Assembly: GCF_902713615.1 (NCBI RefSeq)
Contig: NW_024056018.1
Location: forward strand, 1-62,178
Length of the DNA: 62,178 nt
Direction of reading: 5' to 3'
DNA from: Scyliorhinus canicula
Taxonomy: Eukaryota
Part shown: in pieces, positions 12,144 through 25,765 of the stretch
Position numbering within the stretch: the first letter of the stretch is position 1
How the letters are laid out: the number at the start of each line of letters is the position of its first letter
Program-made: the position numbers and the translations under genes
The notes under the pieces: generated by a model
What the model was told of the DNA's origin: nothing
Database searches by the model: none
Seen by the model: only the letters and a program-made list of their open reading frames with translations

Positions 12144-13676
12144 CACATTATTATGGGCCAGGGATTAGCGAACACCAAAGTTTGTTTTTCCTCTGGAAGG
12201 TAACTCAACAATTTATCCCAATTTTTAAGAACATCCTCGTTTTACAATTTAATTTGAGTGATGTCAATTCAAAGTCATCTGGATTTGGTTCGTCACTTTG
12301 AGTTTAAATTATTAACACCTCCTCCTTTTGCTCTCCCCTTTCAAAGTACCTTTTAAGCATATTCACATGACACACTCGGTGAGTTTTCCTTCTATCTGGC
12401 ATTCTTACCACATAATTCACCTCACTTAATTTCCTTTCAATCTGATAAGGTCTACAAAACCTTGCTTTTAAAGGTTCACTTACCATTGGTAATAACACTA
12501 AAACTTTACCTCCACTGGCAAAACTACAAACTTTTGCTTTCTTGTCCGCTATCCATTTCATCACATTTTGTGCAACTTTGAATGTTGTCCAGCCAATCCC
12601 CCTGCTCTATTTAATCGTTCCCTAAAATTTGACACGTAATCCAATAGTGTAAGTTCCGACTGCTGACTCACCAAATTTTCCTTTATCAATTTAAGTGGTC
12701 CACTTACCTCATGACCAAAAATTAGTTCAAAAGGACTGAATTTGGTTGACTCATTAGGTGCATCCCTAATTGCAAACAGTACGAATGGAATTCCTTTGTC
12801 CCAATCCTCTGGATAATCGTGACAATGAGTCCTCAACATTGTCTCTAATGTCTGATGCCACCTTTCTAATGCTCCCTGCGATTCTGGATGGTACACAGTT
12901 GATTTAAATTGTTTTATTCCTAAGCTAGCCATAACTTCTTTGAATAACCTTAAGGTAAAATTTGATCCTTGATCCGATAGTATTTCTGTGGGTAGTCCAT
13001 ATTGAGTAAAGAATTTAAGTAACTCCTCCACAATCTTTCTAGCTGTAATTTTACATACTGGAATGGCCCCAGGCAACGTAATAGACACATCCATTATAGT
13101 TAAAAGATATTGATTCCCACTTTTCATTTTAGGAAGCGGTCCTACGCAATCAATTAAGACTCTTGTAAAAATGTTCCTCAAATGCTGGAATGGGTATTAA
13201 GGGCGCTGGTTTTATCACTGCTTGAGGTTACTCTATCAATTGGCATGTGTGACATGATCGACAAAATTTAACTTCATCTTTCTGCAGTCCAGGCCAATTA
13301 AAAGGTTTTTGGTTTTTAGCTTGAGTTTCCACACTCCCAAATAACCTCCCATTGGTACCTCATGTGCTACTCGCAACATCTCCTTTCTATACTCTACCGG
13401 CAATACCACTTGATGAACTTCTGCCCACTTTTCATCCGCCTGCATATGTAAAAGGTTTCCATTTTCTTATCAAGACATCATTTTTACGGTAATAACACTC
13501 TGGTATACACCCAGATTCCCCTTCCGTGTATGCTTTCTGATACGTCCGTTTTATTTCTTTATCTTTCTGTTGTAACTCCGCCGATTTTCCTGAGCTAAAA
13601 ATATCCGCCTCATCCTCCACCTGTTCTGTTCTTTTCCAACCATCTGATCAAAAATCGTTTCTGGTAATTGCACTTG

Positions 13677-13856
13677 AAATGAAATGAAAATCGCTTATTG
13701 TCACGAGCAGGCTTCAATGAAGTTACTGTGAAAAGTAAAAGTCACCACATTCCGGCGCCTATCCGGGGAGGCTGGTACGGGAATCGAACTGTGCTGCTGA
13801 CCTGCTTGGTCTGCTTTAAAAGCCAGCAATTTAGCCGAGTGAGCTAAACCAGCCCC
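13677..13856 (-). mobile_element. SINE (GGGGCTGGTTTAGC-head family) nested in the Gypsy element
   Basis: Reverse complement of the full copy at 28266-28429, with a (TTTCA)n tail. Confidence 0.8.
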
Positions 13857-15474
13857 ATCATCTTCAATCTCTTTGATTTCTCCTCTTGTCTTTACCTGTG
13901 ATTTTGCGACCTCGTTACTACACAATCCAGAAAAATCCCAGGATATTCGTCCTTCAACACTTCAGTTGTCTGATTTTCCACTGGCTTATCAACCACAGTA
14001 GGCATCACTCCCACCTCCAATCCAGCTATATCATTACCCAAGATAAACCGTATTCCTGGACAACATAGTTTCTCTTGTTCTTACTACCACTTCACCATTC
14101 TTCACTGGACTTTCCAACCTTACCTTATATAATGGAACACTACTCTTCTCACCCTGAATTCCACATATTAGCACCATTTCTGGCAACATTCTTCCCAAAC
14201 TACATAACTCCTCATCTCTGACATTAAAGATTGACTAGCTCCCTCATCTCTTAAAATTGTGACTTTTTTACCTGCTCCTCCTGATACACATGTGTAAAAT
14301 TTACCCACACAAGTAAATTCTTTAAAGAGATCTGGCACCTTCTTATCAGTCACCACTTGATCAGGCTGTACAATCTTTTGCACCTCCTTCGCTTCACTTG
14401 GGCTTTCCTTTCCCACTTTAACGAACCCCACTGTCTTATCCTGTTTTACCACATCAGCCTTCCCCGTGCTTTTCTTCAACCACCAACACTGTGACTTTAC
14501 ATGGCCTAGTTTATTACAGTGAAAACATTTGAAACTTTTCATTTCCCTTCCACCCTCCTGGATTTCCTTTTTAATCTGAGGTATGCTCTCCTTATTATCT
14601 CCCATCAGACCTCCTTTACCTCTCCCACTTAAGTATTTCTCTTTTCCCCAGTTTCTGACCTTCACAGGCTGAAACTGATGTCGGAAACCAAGCTTTGATT
14701 TATTAACTAAATCATAATCATCTGCCATTTCTGCTGCTAACCTCGCAGTTTTAACCCTCTGCTCTTCCACATGAGTTCTCACTACAGCAGGAATTGGATT
14801 TTTAAACTTCTCCAAAAGTATAATTTCACTAAGAGCTTCATACGTGTGGTCTATTTTCATCCACCTTTCAAAATTACTCTGATCCTTTCAAATTCCATGT
14901 ATGTTTGACCAGGTTCTTTCCTTAAATTTCTAAACCTTTGCAGGCTTCAGGCACTAGTTCATATGCACCCAAGATGGATTTTTTCACCTCCTCATACGTC
15001 CCAGATACCTCCTCTGATAGTGATGCAAACATTTCACTAGCCCTACCTCCCTGCTTTGTTTGAATCAGTAATACCCACATGTCCTGTGACCATGTCATTT
15101 GTTCAGCCAGCTTCTCAAATGAAATGAAAAAGGCTTCTATCTCCTTCTCATCAAATCTTGGCAATGCTTGGACATATTTATATAGCTAACCACCAAACCT
15201 TCGACTAAGATGCTCTTTCTCTTTATCCTTATCACCAGCCTCCCTACAACTGTATGTTTCCCTTTACATCCGCCAATTTTAACTGACTCATGTCACATGG
15301 CCATTTTCTGAAGTTCAAACTCTCTTTTGCCTTTTCCTCTCTTTTTCTTTTTGTTGTGCTGGGGCTATTCTTTCTTTGTTTCTTTCTTCTCTCTCTTTTC
15401 CTTTTCCCTGATCTGTATCTCCCTTTCTCTCTCTTTTTCTCTCGTTTTGTATTCAAGCTGCTTTTAAAAAAAAT

Positions 15475-15690
15475 AAATTTAGATTACCCAATTATTTTTT
15501 CTATTAAGGGGCAATTTAGCGTGGCCAATCCACCTACTCTGCACATTTTTGCGTTGTGGGGGCGAAACCCACGCAGACACGGGGAGAATGTGCAAACTCC
15601 ACACGGACAGTGACCCAGAGCCGGGATCGAACCTGGGACCTCAGCGCCGTGATGCGGTTGTGCTAACCACTAGGCCACCGTGCTGCCCGT
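15475..15690 (-). mobile_element. HE1/V-SINE-like SINE nested in Gypsy gag
   Basis: Closely matches 57745-57957 and 59830-60030. Confidence 0.8.
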
Positions 15691-16734
15691 ATTCAAGCTG
15701 CTTTAATTCTTTTTCATGTTCAAGTGGCTTGTGATTTGTAACTGAATTTTTGCCATTTCTACTGAGTCAGACTGTATCTCAGACAATTTTAAATGCTCAA
15801 CTAGCGCTGTAAGTACCTCTACTTTTAGTGTGCTGTCAGGTAACGCTAACTGCAATGTTTTTGCCAAATCTAAAAGCCTTTTTTTAGTCTCTGTTTGTAA
15901 GGTACTGCATGTGACCTTCTCCACCCCCAAAAATGCCCGAGCCTCTGAAAGAGCCAGTGTCCACAACACACTCCCTACTTAAAGTGGAATTCCACACCTG
16001 AAATGCAAAGACAAATATGCTCATCCCTCACTGTCTTTGAGTTCGCTAAGCCAACCCAATCACAAATGATAGACTTTTATCCCAGACTAGCCCCCAATTT
16101 ATTATGGGTCAGGGTTTAGTGAACACCAAAGTATACCATGGAGTTCACCCACAACTTTAAATAGATTTTGGTTATGGGGAGCACAAAGGCCCACTCTACA
16201 GGTGTGATGTAACAGAGAGCTAAAGTATGTTTAAAACAAAAACAATGTTTATTCTATGAATCCAGTTAACATTTTATAAACAAATAGTAAACAGTTTATC
16301 AACTACCAATGCTGACCCCCCCACAAAAGATACAGTATTCTATAGATAACCCTTGATAACCTTCCAAACAGCATCCACAAGTTAAACCCTTTTAAAATAA
16401 AGACAGCTGGTTTAAATTCTCTACAGAAACAGGTATTACTTTGAAATCATCAAATGATGTTTAGATTGCAGAGAGAGATCATAACATCTTCTTGCTGTGA
16501 ATGCAGCTCTTCACCTCTGAAACAAAACCAAAAACACACTGCAGCTGCCATCTCAAAAACAAAAGTGAAAGACAGACAGCCCAGCTCCTCCCACACACTG
16601 ACATCACTGCAGCTATTTGATAAACACTCATTTGTTAAAGGCACATCCTCCTGACAACATGTATACAATAAATATAGATTTCTTCAAGGAACAAAAATCC
16701 AACAGGAAAAGTGATGTAACCGTGGAGAACAAGA

Positions 16735-17140
16735 ACAGTTAAAGATTCATGAGATCCATTAGAATTTAGCAAAGGAGGACCAAGAAACTGATGAGAGCAA
16801 ACTGGCGAGAAACATAAAAAACGACTGGAAAAGCTGCCATAGGAATGTGAAAAGGAAAAGATTAGCAAAGACCAATGTGGGTCCATTCCAGGCAGAGACA
16901 GGAGAGTTTATAATGGGGAGTAAGGAAATGGCAGAGAAACTAAACAATGTGCGTTTGTCTTCACAGAGGAAGATACAGAAACTGTCCCCAAAACACCAGA
17001 GAACCAAAGGACTGGCAGAGATTAGTATTGGTGAAAAAGTCGTACTGGAGAAATTAATGGGGTTGAAAGTTAATAAAACCCCAAAAGCTGATGATCTACA
17101 TCCCAGAGTGTTGAACGAGGTGGCTGTAGAGATCTCTATT
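16735..17140 (+). mobile_element. CR1 LINE ORF2 fragment
   Basis: Peptide KRKRLAKTNVGP...ETGEFIMG..EMAE and KTPKADDLHPRVL. Confidence 0.8.
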
Positions 17141-17271
17141 CCTCATTCTAAATTCTCCTGACTCCATCTGTAATGGACAAACCTTTGTCTTAGCCAAACA
17201 TTTCCTTTTTATGTAGCCATAGAAACTTTTACAATCCATTTTTCTGTATTGTGCCAGTTCACATTCTATTC

Positions 17272-18107
17272 TGTGGCCGCCTCAAATGGTGTCCAGCAAG
17301 GCATGCTGGGAAAAGTGGTCATGTTTTATGCACAGGCAGGTTGCAGAACAGATCAAACAAAGTTGCAGCAAAAGGGTTTGCAGACTTCAAAATATTTTAC
17401 AGGTTTATGCAAATAACATAAGCAAATGGCCATCTCCAGGCCATCTCCAGGAACAATAGAATTGTCCTGTCATTCACGCTTCTTTACCAGACACAGCGGC
17501 ACCTAAATTCCTTTGGAAAGCCTACCTGCCCCGAACACTTCCAGGCATGGTCACTGAGTGCCCACCCCAAAATTGACGTGGCAGCCCCTGATTGGACTTG
17601 ATCGATCAGGCTGATTGATCCATGATCAATTGATTGACAAATGACCAAGAGACCACCCTCCAAAGTGGAGGAAATTGAAGCAGGTTTAAAAGGTTCTGCA
17701 CAAGTTTAGAATCCCTCTGCAGCAGTAACCAACAACGGTGACTTCCACTGGTCGGCGAAGTAGACCATCACCCGACCAACTGAAGGAGGACCAGAGCCAG
17801 GGACAGACCAGACCAAGGACTGAACATTGGGGACTACAAGATTCGGGATACAGATAAAGGCCAATATCTGGGACTTGCTAGTCACTTTGAAGTTAAGACA
17901 TAGACATAGAATTTACAGTGCTGAAGGAGGCCATTCGGCCCATCGAGTCTGCACCGGCTCCTGGAAAGAGCACCCTACCCAAGGTTAACACCTCCACCCT
18001 GTCCCCATAACCCAGTAACCCCATCCAACACTAAGGGTTAAGTTAAGGTCTTGTGCATAATAGCTTTGTCGTTTGAGTTAAATGTGTGTGATCAATTTAC
18101 AGTAACA
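17272..18107 (+). mobile_element. Possible LTR-like sequence interrupted by a SINE fragment (~17900-18040, TSD AAGTTAAG)
   Basis: Begins TG and ends CA, with CCAAT-like and TATA-like motifs. No TSD was found for the outer element. Confidence 0.3.
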
Positions 18108-18109
18108 AT

Positions 18110-21100
18110 GGACTTCCGGTGTGCAGCATGAAGTGAGTGAGCACACAGAGGCAGCTCCTGCCCAAGGTTACAGAAAAGAGCTCTTTTTTGGGCGGCACAG
18201 GTTGGAATTTCGATGAAAAGCCGTAGGTGAATGTTCAAGGAGTACTTTCCCCCAGGAATAGTATGTTTCTGGGTTATCAGACCCTCAGAAACAGTGCAAG
18301 ATTGGGCGGAAGCAGCAGCAAACAATAGCCTCTACAAGCAGGCAGGCGGGGGAAGGGCCAGCTCAGATTTCTCAAGCTGACTTGAGGGCCTTTATGAAAG
18401 CTGAATTCTAGCAGCAGTCGACGCTGTCCCGACGAATCCCAGTGGGGGAAGGTGTCTAGAGGAGCATTCCCCATAATTTATGGTGCTCACCCGGAGTGGG
18501 GCAAAGGAAAAAGCTGCAGCAGCTCCCCAAGAAAAGCAGGGGAAGAAAGACAAAATGGCGGCCGGTGGAACACCCGAGGACTGGTGGAAATGGGCGCAGG
18601 AGCAGCAGGCCTCTCTTCTGCGCTGTTTTGCGGAGCTGAAGGCTGAGTTGCTGGACTCCCTAAATGCAACTACAAACAAGCTGCTTGGGACCCAGGCGGC
18701 GTCCATTCGGGAGTTGCAGCAGCAGGCCGCTGAGAGGGAGGAGGAAGCCGTGGTCCTCGTGGGGAAAGTGGAGTTGCACGAGGCACTTCACAAAAAGTGG
18801 CAAGACCGCATGGAGGAGCTGGACGTTCGCACGAGGTGAAAGAATTTGAGGATCCTGGGCCTGGCGGAGGGGCTGGAGGGGTCGGATCTCCCGGCGTATG
18901 TGACCACGATGTTGAGCTCGTTGATGGGAGCGGGGTCCTTCCATTTGCCCCTGGAGCTTGAGGGAGCTCATCGAGTGATGGCCAGGAGGCCTAAGGCAAA
19001 TGAACCCCCGCGGGCGGTGCTGGTGCGGTTCCATCGGTTTAGTGACCGGGAGTGTGTGCTGCGCTGGGCCAAGAAAGAGAGGAGCAGCAAGTGGGAGAAT
19101 TCGGTGGTGCGAATCTACCAGGACTGGAGTGCGGAGGTGGCAAAGCGGCGGGCCGGGTTCAACCGGACGAAGGCGGTGCTGCATGCCAAGCAGGTCAGAT
19201 TTGGAATGCTGCAGCCTGCGCGTCTGTGGGTGACATAAGGACCGGCACTACTACTTCGAGTCCCTGGAGGAGGCGTGGGCCTTTGTACAGGCGGAGAAGC
19301 TGGACTCAAACTAGGGTCTGGGGACACACTATGGCCGTTGCTGTTTTCACTGTCGCTGTTCTTCAATTTTGACAGGTGTTATTTTTAAGCTGGTTTTCTT
19401 TTTGCTCTGTTTCCGGGTGGGTTTGTCTGTTGGGTATGGGTGTGGGGAACGTTGGGGGTATGTGCTTTATATGTTCTCTTCTGTACGGGGCTGGGGGTTG
19501 GGGTGAAACTGGATTTTGAGGAGCTGTGTCAGAAGGGTGGGGTGTGGCAGTGTGAAAGCACGGGCTTTCCTCTGGATGTCCGCGCTGCGGGGCGGGGGGG
19601 GCGGAGCTGGAGGTGGGGGCGTGGCCTTCACTGGTTTTCTTTCCCCCGCTGAAGCAGTGCCAAGGAGGTGTGGCAAGAGGGGGATGACCCCATGCCGGGA
19701 GGAGATGGGTTTTGGCGGGAGCTGCTGGGTCAGCAGAAGTCAGCTGACTCACGGAAGTACCATGGAGGGTGTGTCGCGGCTAGGAGGGGTCCTAGCGTGG
19801 GGGGGTGGGGGGGGATACCGGGTTGCTGCTGGAATGGCCAGGAAGGAGCTGGTGTGGGCCGGGTGGGGTAGAAGAGAGGCGTTATCGCCATGGGGAACGG
19901 GTCAGGCGGGGCGAGCTGGCCTGGGACGAGCAGTCGATAAGCTATGGCTAGCCGGCAGGGGAGAGGGGCAGGTTGCCCTCTGATCCGGCTGATTACCTGG
20001 AACGTGAGGGGACTGAATGGGCCGGTTAAGAGAACTAGGGTATTTTCTCATCTGAAGGGGCTGAAGGCGGACGTGGCTATGCTCCAGGAGACCCACTTGA
20101 AGGTGGCGGACCAGGTTCGTCTGAGGAAGGGGTGGGTGGGGTAGGGTTTTCACTCAGGATTTGATGCGAAGAACCGGGGGGTGGCGATTCTGGTGGGGAA
20201 GAGGGTGGCGTTCTAGGCGGCTGAGGTGGTGTCGGACAAGGAGGGCAGATATATTATGGTGAAGGGTAGGCTGCAAGGAGAGAAGGTGGTGCTGGTTAAT
20301 GTATATGCCCCGAATTGGGATGATGCCGGCTTCATGAGGCGCTTGTTGGGCCGCATTCCGGACCTGGAGGCGGGGGGCCTGATCATGGGGGGGAGACTTT
20401 AACACAGTGCTGGATCCCCCACTGGACCGGTCCAGTTCAAGGATGGGTAGGAGACTGGCGGCGGCCAAAGTGCTGAGGGGGTTTATGAACCAGATGGGAG
20501 GGGTGGATCCCTGGAGGTTTGGGAGACCGAGAGCGCGGGAGTATTCCTTTTTCTCCCATGTCCATAGGGTCTATTCCCGAATAGATTTTTTCATCTTGAG
20601 CAGGGAATTGATCCTGAAGGTGCAGGATGCAGAGTATTCGGCCATAGCGATTTCAGACCATGCTCCGCACTGGGTTGATCTGGAGATGGGGGAGGCGTGG
20701 GACCAGCGCCCGCTCTGGCGCCTGGATGTGGGGATGCTGGCTGATGGGGAGGTGTGTAGGAGGGTCCGGGGAAGTATTGCAGGGTACCTGGATACCAACG
20801 ACACGGGGGAGGTCCGGGTGGGGATGGTCTGGGAGGCTCTGAAAGCAGTGATCCGGGGGGAGCTGATCTCCATCCGGGCCCATAGGGAAAGGAGGGAGAG
20901 GAAGGAGAGGGAGAGACTGGTGAGGGAGCTCCTGGATGTGGACAGGAGATACGTGGAGGCACCGGAGGAGGGGTTGCTGGTGGAACGGCGCAGTTTGCAG
21001 GCCAAATTTGACTTGTTGACCACCAGAAAGGCGGAGACACAGTGGAGGAGGTCACATATGAGTATGGGGAGAAGGCGAGCAGGATGTTGGCGCATCTGCT

Positions 21101-23786
21101 CCGCAGGCGAGATGCGGCTAGGAAAATTGGTGGAGTGACGGATAGGGGTGGGAATGTAGTGCAGAAGGGGACAGAAGTAAATGGGATCTTTAGGGACTTC
21201 TACGAGGAACTGTACCGGTCAGAACCTCCGATGGGGAGAGGGGGGATGGAGAGCTTCATGAACAGGCTATGTTTCCCAAGGGTTCAAGAGGAGCTGGTAG
21301 AGGGGCTGGGGGCGCCGATAGAGTTGGAGGAGCTAGTCAGGGGGATTGGACAAAGGCAGTCAGGTAAGGCGCCGGGGCCGGACGGGTTCCCGGTGGAATT
21401 TTATAAAAAGTATGCGGATCTGGTGGGCCCCGTGTTGGTGCGAGCCTTCAATGAGGCATGGGGGGGGGGGGGGGCTTTGCCCCCGACGATGTCGCGGGCA
21501 CTGATCTCTCTGATCCTGAAGCGGGATAAGGACCCCTTGCAGTGTGGATCATACAGGCCTATCTCGCTCCTCAATGTTGACGCTAAGTTGCTGGCGAAGA
21601 TCCTGGCCACCAGGATAGAGGACTGTGTGCCAGGGGTGATACACGAGGATCAGACAGGATTTGGCAAGGGACGGCAGCTCAACACGAATGTGCGGAGACT
21701 GCTAACTGTTATTATGATGCCGGCAGTGGAGGGGGAGGCGGAGATAGTGGTGGCGCTGGATGCGGAGAAAGCGTTTGATAGAGTTGAGTGGGGGTACCTG
21801 TGGGAGGTGCTGGAGCGGTTCGGATTCGGGGAGGGATTCATCAAATGGGTGAGGCTGCTCTACGAGGCTCCGATGGCAAGTGTAGTTACCAATGGAAGGA
21901 GATCGGAGTACTTTAGACACTACCGTGGGACCAGGCAGGGGTGCCCCCTGTCCCCCTTGCTCTTTGCACTGGCGTTTGAACCTTTGGCTATGGCGTTGAG
22001 GGAGTCAGGGAGATGGAGGGGTCTGGTGCGGGGTGGGGAGGAACATCGTGTATCGCTGTATGCGGGCGACCTGCTGTTGTATGTGGCAGATCCAGAAGGG
22101 GGAATGCCGGGGGTGATGGAGCTGTTAGCGGAATTTGGGGGCTTCTCGGGCTATAAGTTAAATTTAGGCAAGAGTGAGGTATTTGTAGTACACCCGGGTG
22201 ATCAGGAGGATGGAATTGGGAGACTCCCATTTAAGAGGGCCGTGAAGAGTTTCAGATACCTGAGGGTGCAGGTGGCCAGGAGTTGGGGGACTTTCCATAA
22301 GCTTAATTTTACCAGGCTGGTGGAGCAGATGGAGGAGGAATTTAAAAGGTGGGACATGGTACCGCTATCGTTGGCGGGAAGAGTGCACTCCGTCAAAATG
22401 ACGGTTCTCCCGAGGTTCTTGTTCCTTTTTCAGTGTTTGCCCATCTTTATCCCTAGGGCCTTTTTTAGAAGGGTGACTAGCAGCATCATGAGCTTTGTTT
22501 GGGCGCATGGGACCCCGAGGGTGAAGAGGGTCTTCTTGGAGCGGGGTAGAGATGGGGGGGGGGCTGGCGTTACCCAATCTCTCGGGGTATTATTGGGCGG
22601 CCAATGTGTCGATGGTGCGCAAGTGGGTAATGGAGGGGGAGGGGGCAGCATGGAAACGGATGGAGAGGGCGTCCTGTGGAGATACAAGCCTGGGGACCCT
22701 GGTAACGGCGCCGTGGCCGCTCCCTCCTACGAGGTATACCACGAGTCCGGTGGTGGCGGCTACCCTCAAGATTTGGGGGCAGTGGAGGCGACACAGGGGA
22801 GAAGTGGGGGGCTCGATGGAGGCTCCGTTAAGGGGGAACCATAGGTTCGTCCCGGGGAACATTGATGGGGGATTTCAGGGTTGGCACAGAGCGGGCATCA
22901 GACAGCTGATGGGAGGTTTGCGAGCCTGGGGGAGTTGGAGGAGAAATTTGGGCTCCCCCCGGGGAACATGTTCAGGTATCTGCAGGTAAAGGCATTTGCT
23001 AGGCGGCAGGTGGAGGGATTCCCTTCGCTTCCCGCGAGGGGGGTGAGCGACAGGGTGCTTTCGGGGGTCTGGGTCGGAGAGGGGAAGATATCTGATATCT
23101 ACAAGGTTATGCAGGAGGCAGAGGAGGCATCAGTAGAGGAGCTGAAAGCTAAGTGGGAGGGGGAACTGGGGGAACAGATCGAAGACGGGACATGGGCTGA
23201 TGCTCTGGAGAGGGTTAATTCTTCCTCCTCGTGTCCGCGGCTTAGCCTCATCCAATTCAAGGTACTGCATAGGGCCCACATGACTGGGACGAGGATGAGT
23301 AGGTTCTTTGGGGGTGAAGACAGGTGTGTCAGGTGCTCGGGGAGTCCAGCGAACCATGCCCATATGTTCTGGGCATGCCCGGCACTGGAGGAGTTCTGGA
23401 AGGGGGTGGCGAGGACGGTGTCGAGGGTGGTGGGATCCAGGGTCAAGCCAGGATGGGGACTCGCGATTTTTGGGGTTGGGGTGGAGCCGGGAGTGCAGGA
23501 GGCGAAAGAGGCCGGTGTGCTGGCCTTTGCATCCCTAGTAGCCCGGCGAAGGATCTTGCTACAATGGAAGGATGCGAGGCCCCCAAGCGTGGAGACCTGG
23601 ATCAATGACATGGCGGGTTTCATTAAGCTAGAGAAGGTCAAATTCGCCCTGAGAGGGTCGGTACAAGGGTTCTTTAGGCGGTGGCAACCTTTTCTCGACT
23701 TTCTGGCTCAACGATAGGGTACAGGGACAGTAGCAGCAGCAACCCGGAGGGGAGGTGGGAGAAGGGGGGTGGGGGGGGGGGGGGGG
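18110..23786 (+). mobile_element. L1-clade non-LTR retrotransposon, near full length, decayed
   Basis: ORF1 18480-19238 with one in-frame stop. Endonuclease from ~19944. A 600-aa open RT segment at 21042-22844. C-terminal CVRCSGSPANHAHMFWAC at 22881-23717. Confidence 0.95.
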
Positions 23787-25602
23787 TGCTGAGGGAGCTG
23801 CCGTTCCGGTTAGTTGGGGACAGTTTCAGGTACCTGGGAATACAAGTGGCGCGGGATTGGGGTCGACTGCACAAGCTGAACCTGTCCCGACTGGTAGATC
23901 AAATGCGAGGGGAGTTCCGAAGGTGGGATGCGCTCCCGCTGTCGTTAGCTGGGAGAGTACAGACAGTTAAAATGACGGTCCTCCCGAGGTTCTTATTCGT
24001 GTTCCAATGTCTCTCCATTTTCATTCCATGTTCCTTTTTTAAGAGGGTAAGCAAGATCATTTTGGGCTTTGCATAGGCGGGCAAATCGTCGTGTGTGAAG
24101 AGGGTGATGCTCGAGCAGAACCGGGGGGGATGGGGGGCTTCCACTGCCGAATTTCAGCAACTATTATTCGGCGGCTCACGTAGCCATGATAAGGAAGTAG
24201 GTGGTGGGGGAGGGTTGGCTTGGGAGCGGGTGGAGGCAACCTCGTGTAGGGGTACCAGTCTGGGGGCGTTGGTGACGGCACCTCTGCCGTTCCCGCCAGC
24301 GCGCTTCTCCACCAGCCCCGTAGTGGTGGCGACCCTTCGGATCTGGGGGCAGTGGAGGAGGCACGTGGGAGCAACGGGAGCATCGGTCTGGTCCCCGATA
24401 TGTGACAGCCATCGGTTTGCCCCGGGGAGGTTGGACGGGGGTTCTGGGTATGGCAGAGGGCTGGGATTGAGCGGATGGTGATTTGTTTTTGGAAGGGAGC
24501 TTCCCGAGCTTGAGGGCGCTGGAGGCCAAGTTTGGGTTGACGAGGGGGAATGAATTCCGGTATATTCAGGTGCGGGACTTTTTGCGCAGGCAGGTGCCAT
24601 CTTTTCCACTCTCGCCTCTAAAGGGAATCCAAGATCAGGTCGTGTCTAGAGGATGGGTGGGGGAGGTAAGTGTCTCGGATATTTACAAGGAGCTCATGGG
24701 GGTGGAGAAGACATAGACCGAGGAGCTGAGGCATAAATGGGAGGAGGAGATGGGAGGGGAAATTGAGGAAGGCCTGTGGGTGGACATGCTGAGCAGGGTT
24801 AATGGGACTGCAAAATGTGCCAGGCTTGGCCAGATTCAATTTAAGGTCGTCCACCGGGCCCCACATGACAGTGTCCCGGATGGGCAGATTCTTCGGCGTA
24901 GAGGACAGGTGTGTAAAGTGGCTGAGAGGACCGGCAGACCATGTCCACATGAAAATGAAAATCGCTTATTGTCACGAGTAGGCTTCAATGAAGTTACTGT
25001 GAAAAGCCCCTAGTCGCCACATTCCGGCACCTGTCCGGGGAGGCTGGTACGGCATGTTTTGGGAATGTCCAAAACTGAGGAGATACTGGCAGGGATCCGA
25101 GGACGTCATGTCCAGAGTATTTAACACGAGGTTGGCAATGAGTCCAGAGGTGGCGATTTTTGGGGTTTCAGGGGCCCCGGAAGTCCAGGGGGAGAAAGAG
25201 GCCGACGTTTTGGCCTTTGCTTCCCTGGTAGCCCGGGGACGGATACTTCTAGCTTTGAGGGACTCAAAGCCTCCGAGGTCGGAAGGCTGGCTGTCAGATA
25301 TGGCGAGTTTCCTTGGCTTAGAGAAAATCAAGTTTGCCTTGAGAGGGTCGTGGTTAGGGTTCGCCCGGAGGTGGCAACCATTTATTGACTTATTTGCGGA
25401 TAATTGATCGTCAGCAGGGCGGGGCGGGGGGGAGGGTTAGGGTAATGTGTATAGGGGGTCATTTAGGCAGATCTGGGTGGGGTGGACTACGGCAATTGCA
25501 CTATGTACTTTGTTTACTGCACAGCCCTTTTTTTTCATGTTCTGTAATTCTACTGTTTAGGATGCTGGAAAATACCTCATTAAAATTGTTTGTTTAAAAA
25601 AA
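23787..25602 (+). mobile_element. 5'-truncated L1 of another subfamily, abutting the previous L1, with a SINE fragment nested at ~24953-25050
   Basis: RT C-terminal peptides (FRYLGIQV, LPRFLFVFQCL, MFWECPKL) and an A-rich 3' end at ~25596-25602. CATG is duplicated around the SINE fragment. Confidence 0.9.
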
Positions 25603-25765
25603 ATGTTTCAACACACTGCGTATTTAACACAAATCTAATTTATTTGACTTTTAGCCAGAATATTAGCCCCTGTATATGGGCTGGAGTTTGTTATCAGCAG
25701 AAAGAGACCCAAATGACCATGGTTCAGTCCTGAATGTGAGGAACAGCAAAACCCAATCATTATGG

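Larger units (their letters stand above)
12149..16656 (-). mobile_element. Internally deleted Gmr1-like Gypsy LTR retrotransposon (gag with SCAN-like capsid and CCHC knuckle, protease, integrase; RT absent)
   Basis: TSD ACAT at 12145-12148 and 16657-16660. 5' LTR ~16100-16656; only ~35 bp of the 3' LTR remains. tRNA-Pro PBS at 16079-16096 (16/18 match). CFHCNKLGHVKSQC knuckle and LRDEGASQS protease are followed directly by integrase (DCVGPLP, SDQGSNF, YHPESQGALERWHQTL). Confidence 0.9.

Noticed and set aside
21042-22844. 600-aa RT ORF as evidence of an active L1
   Set aside because: ORF1 and the endonuclease have stops and frameshifts, and the catalytic YADD is YAGD.
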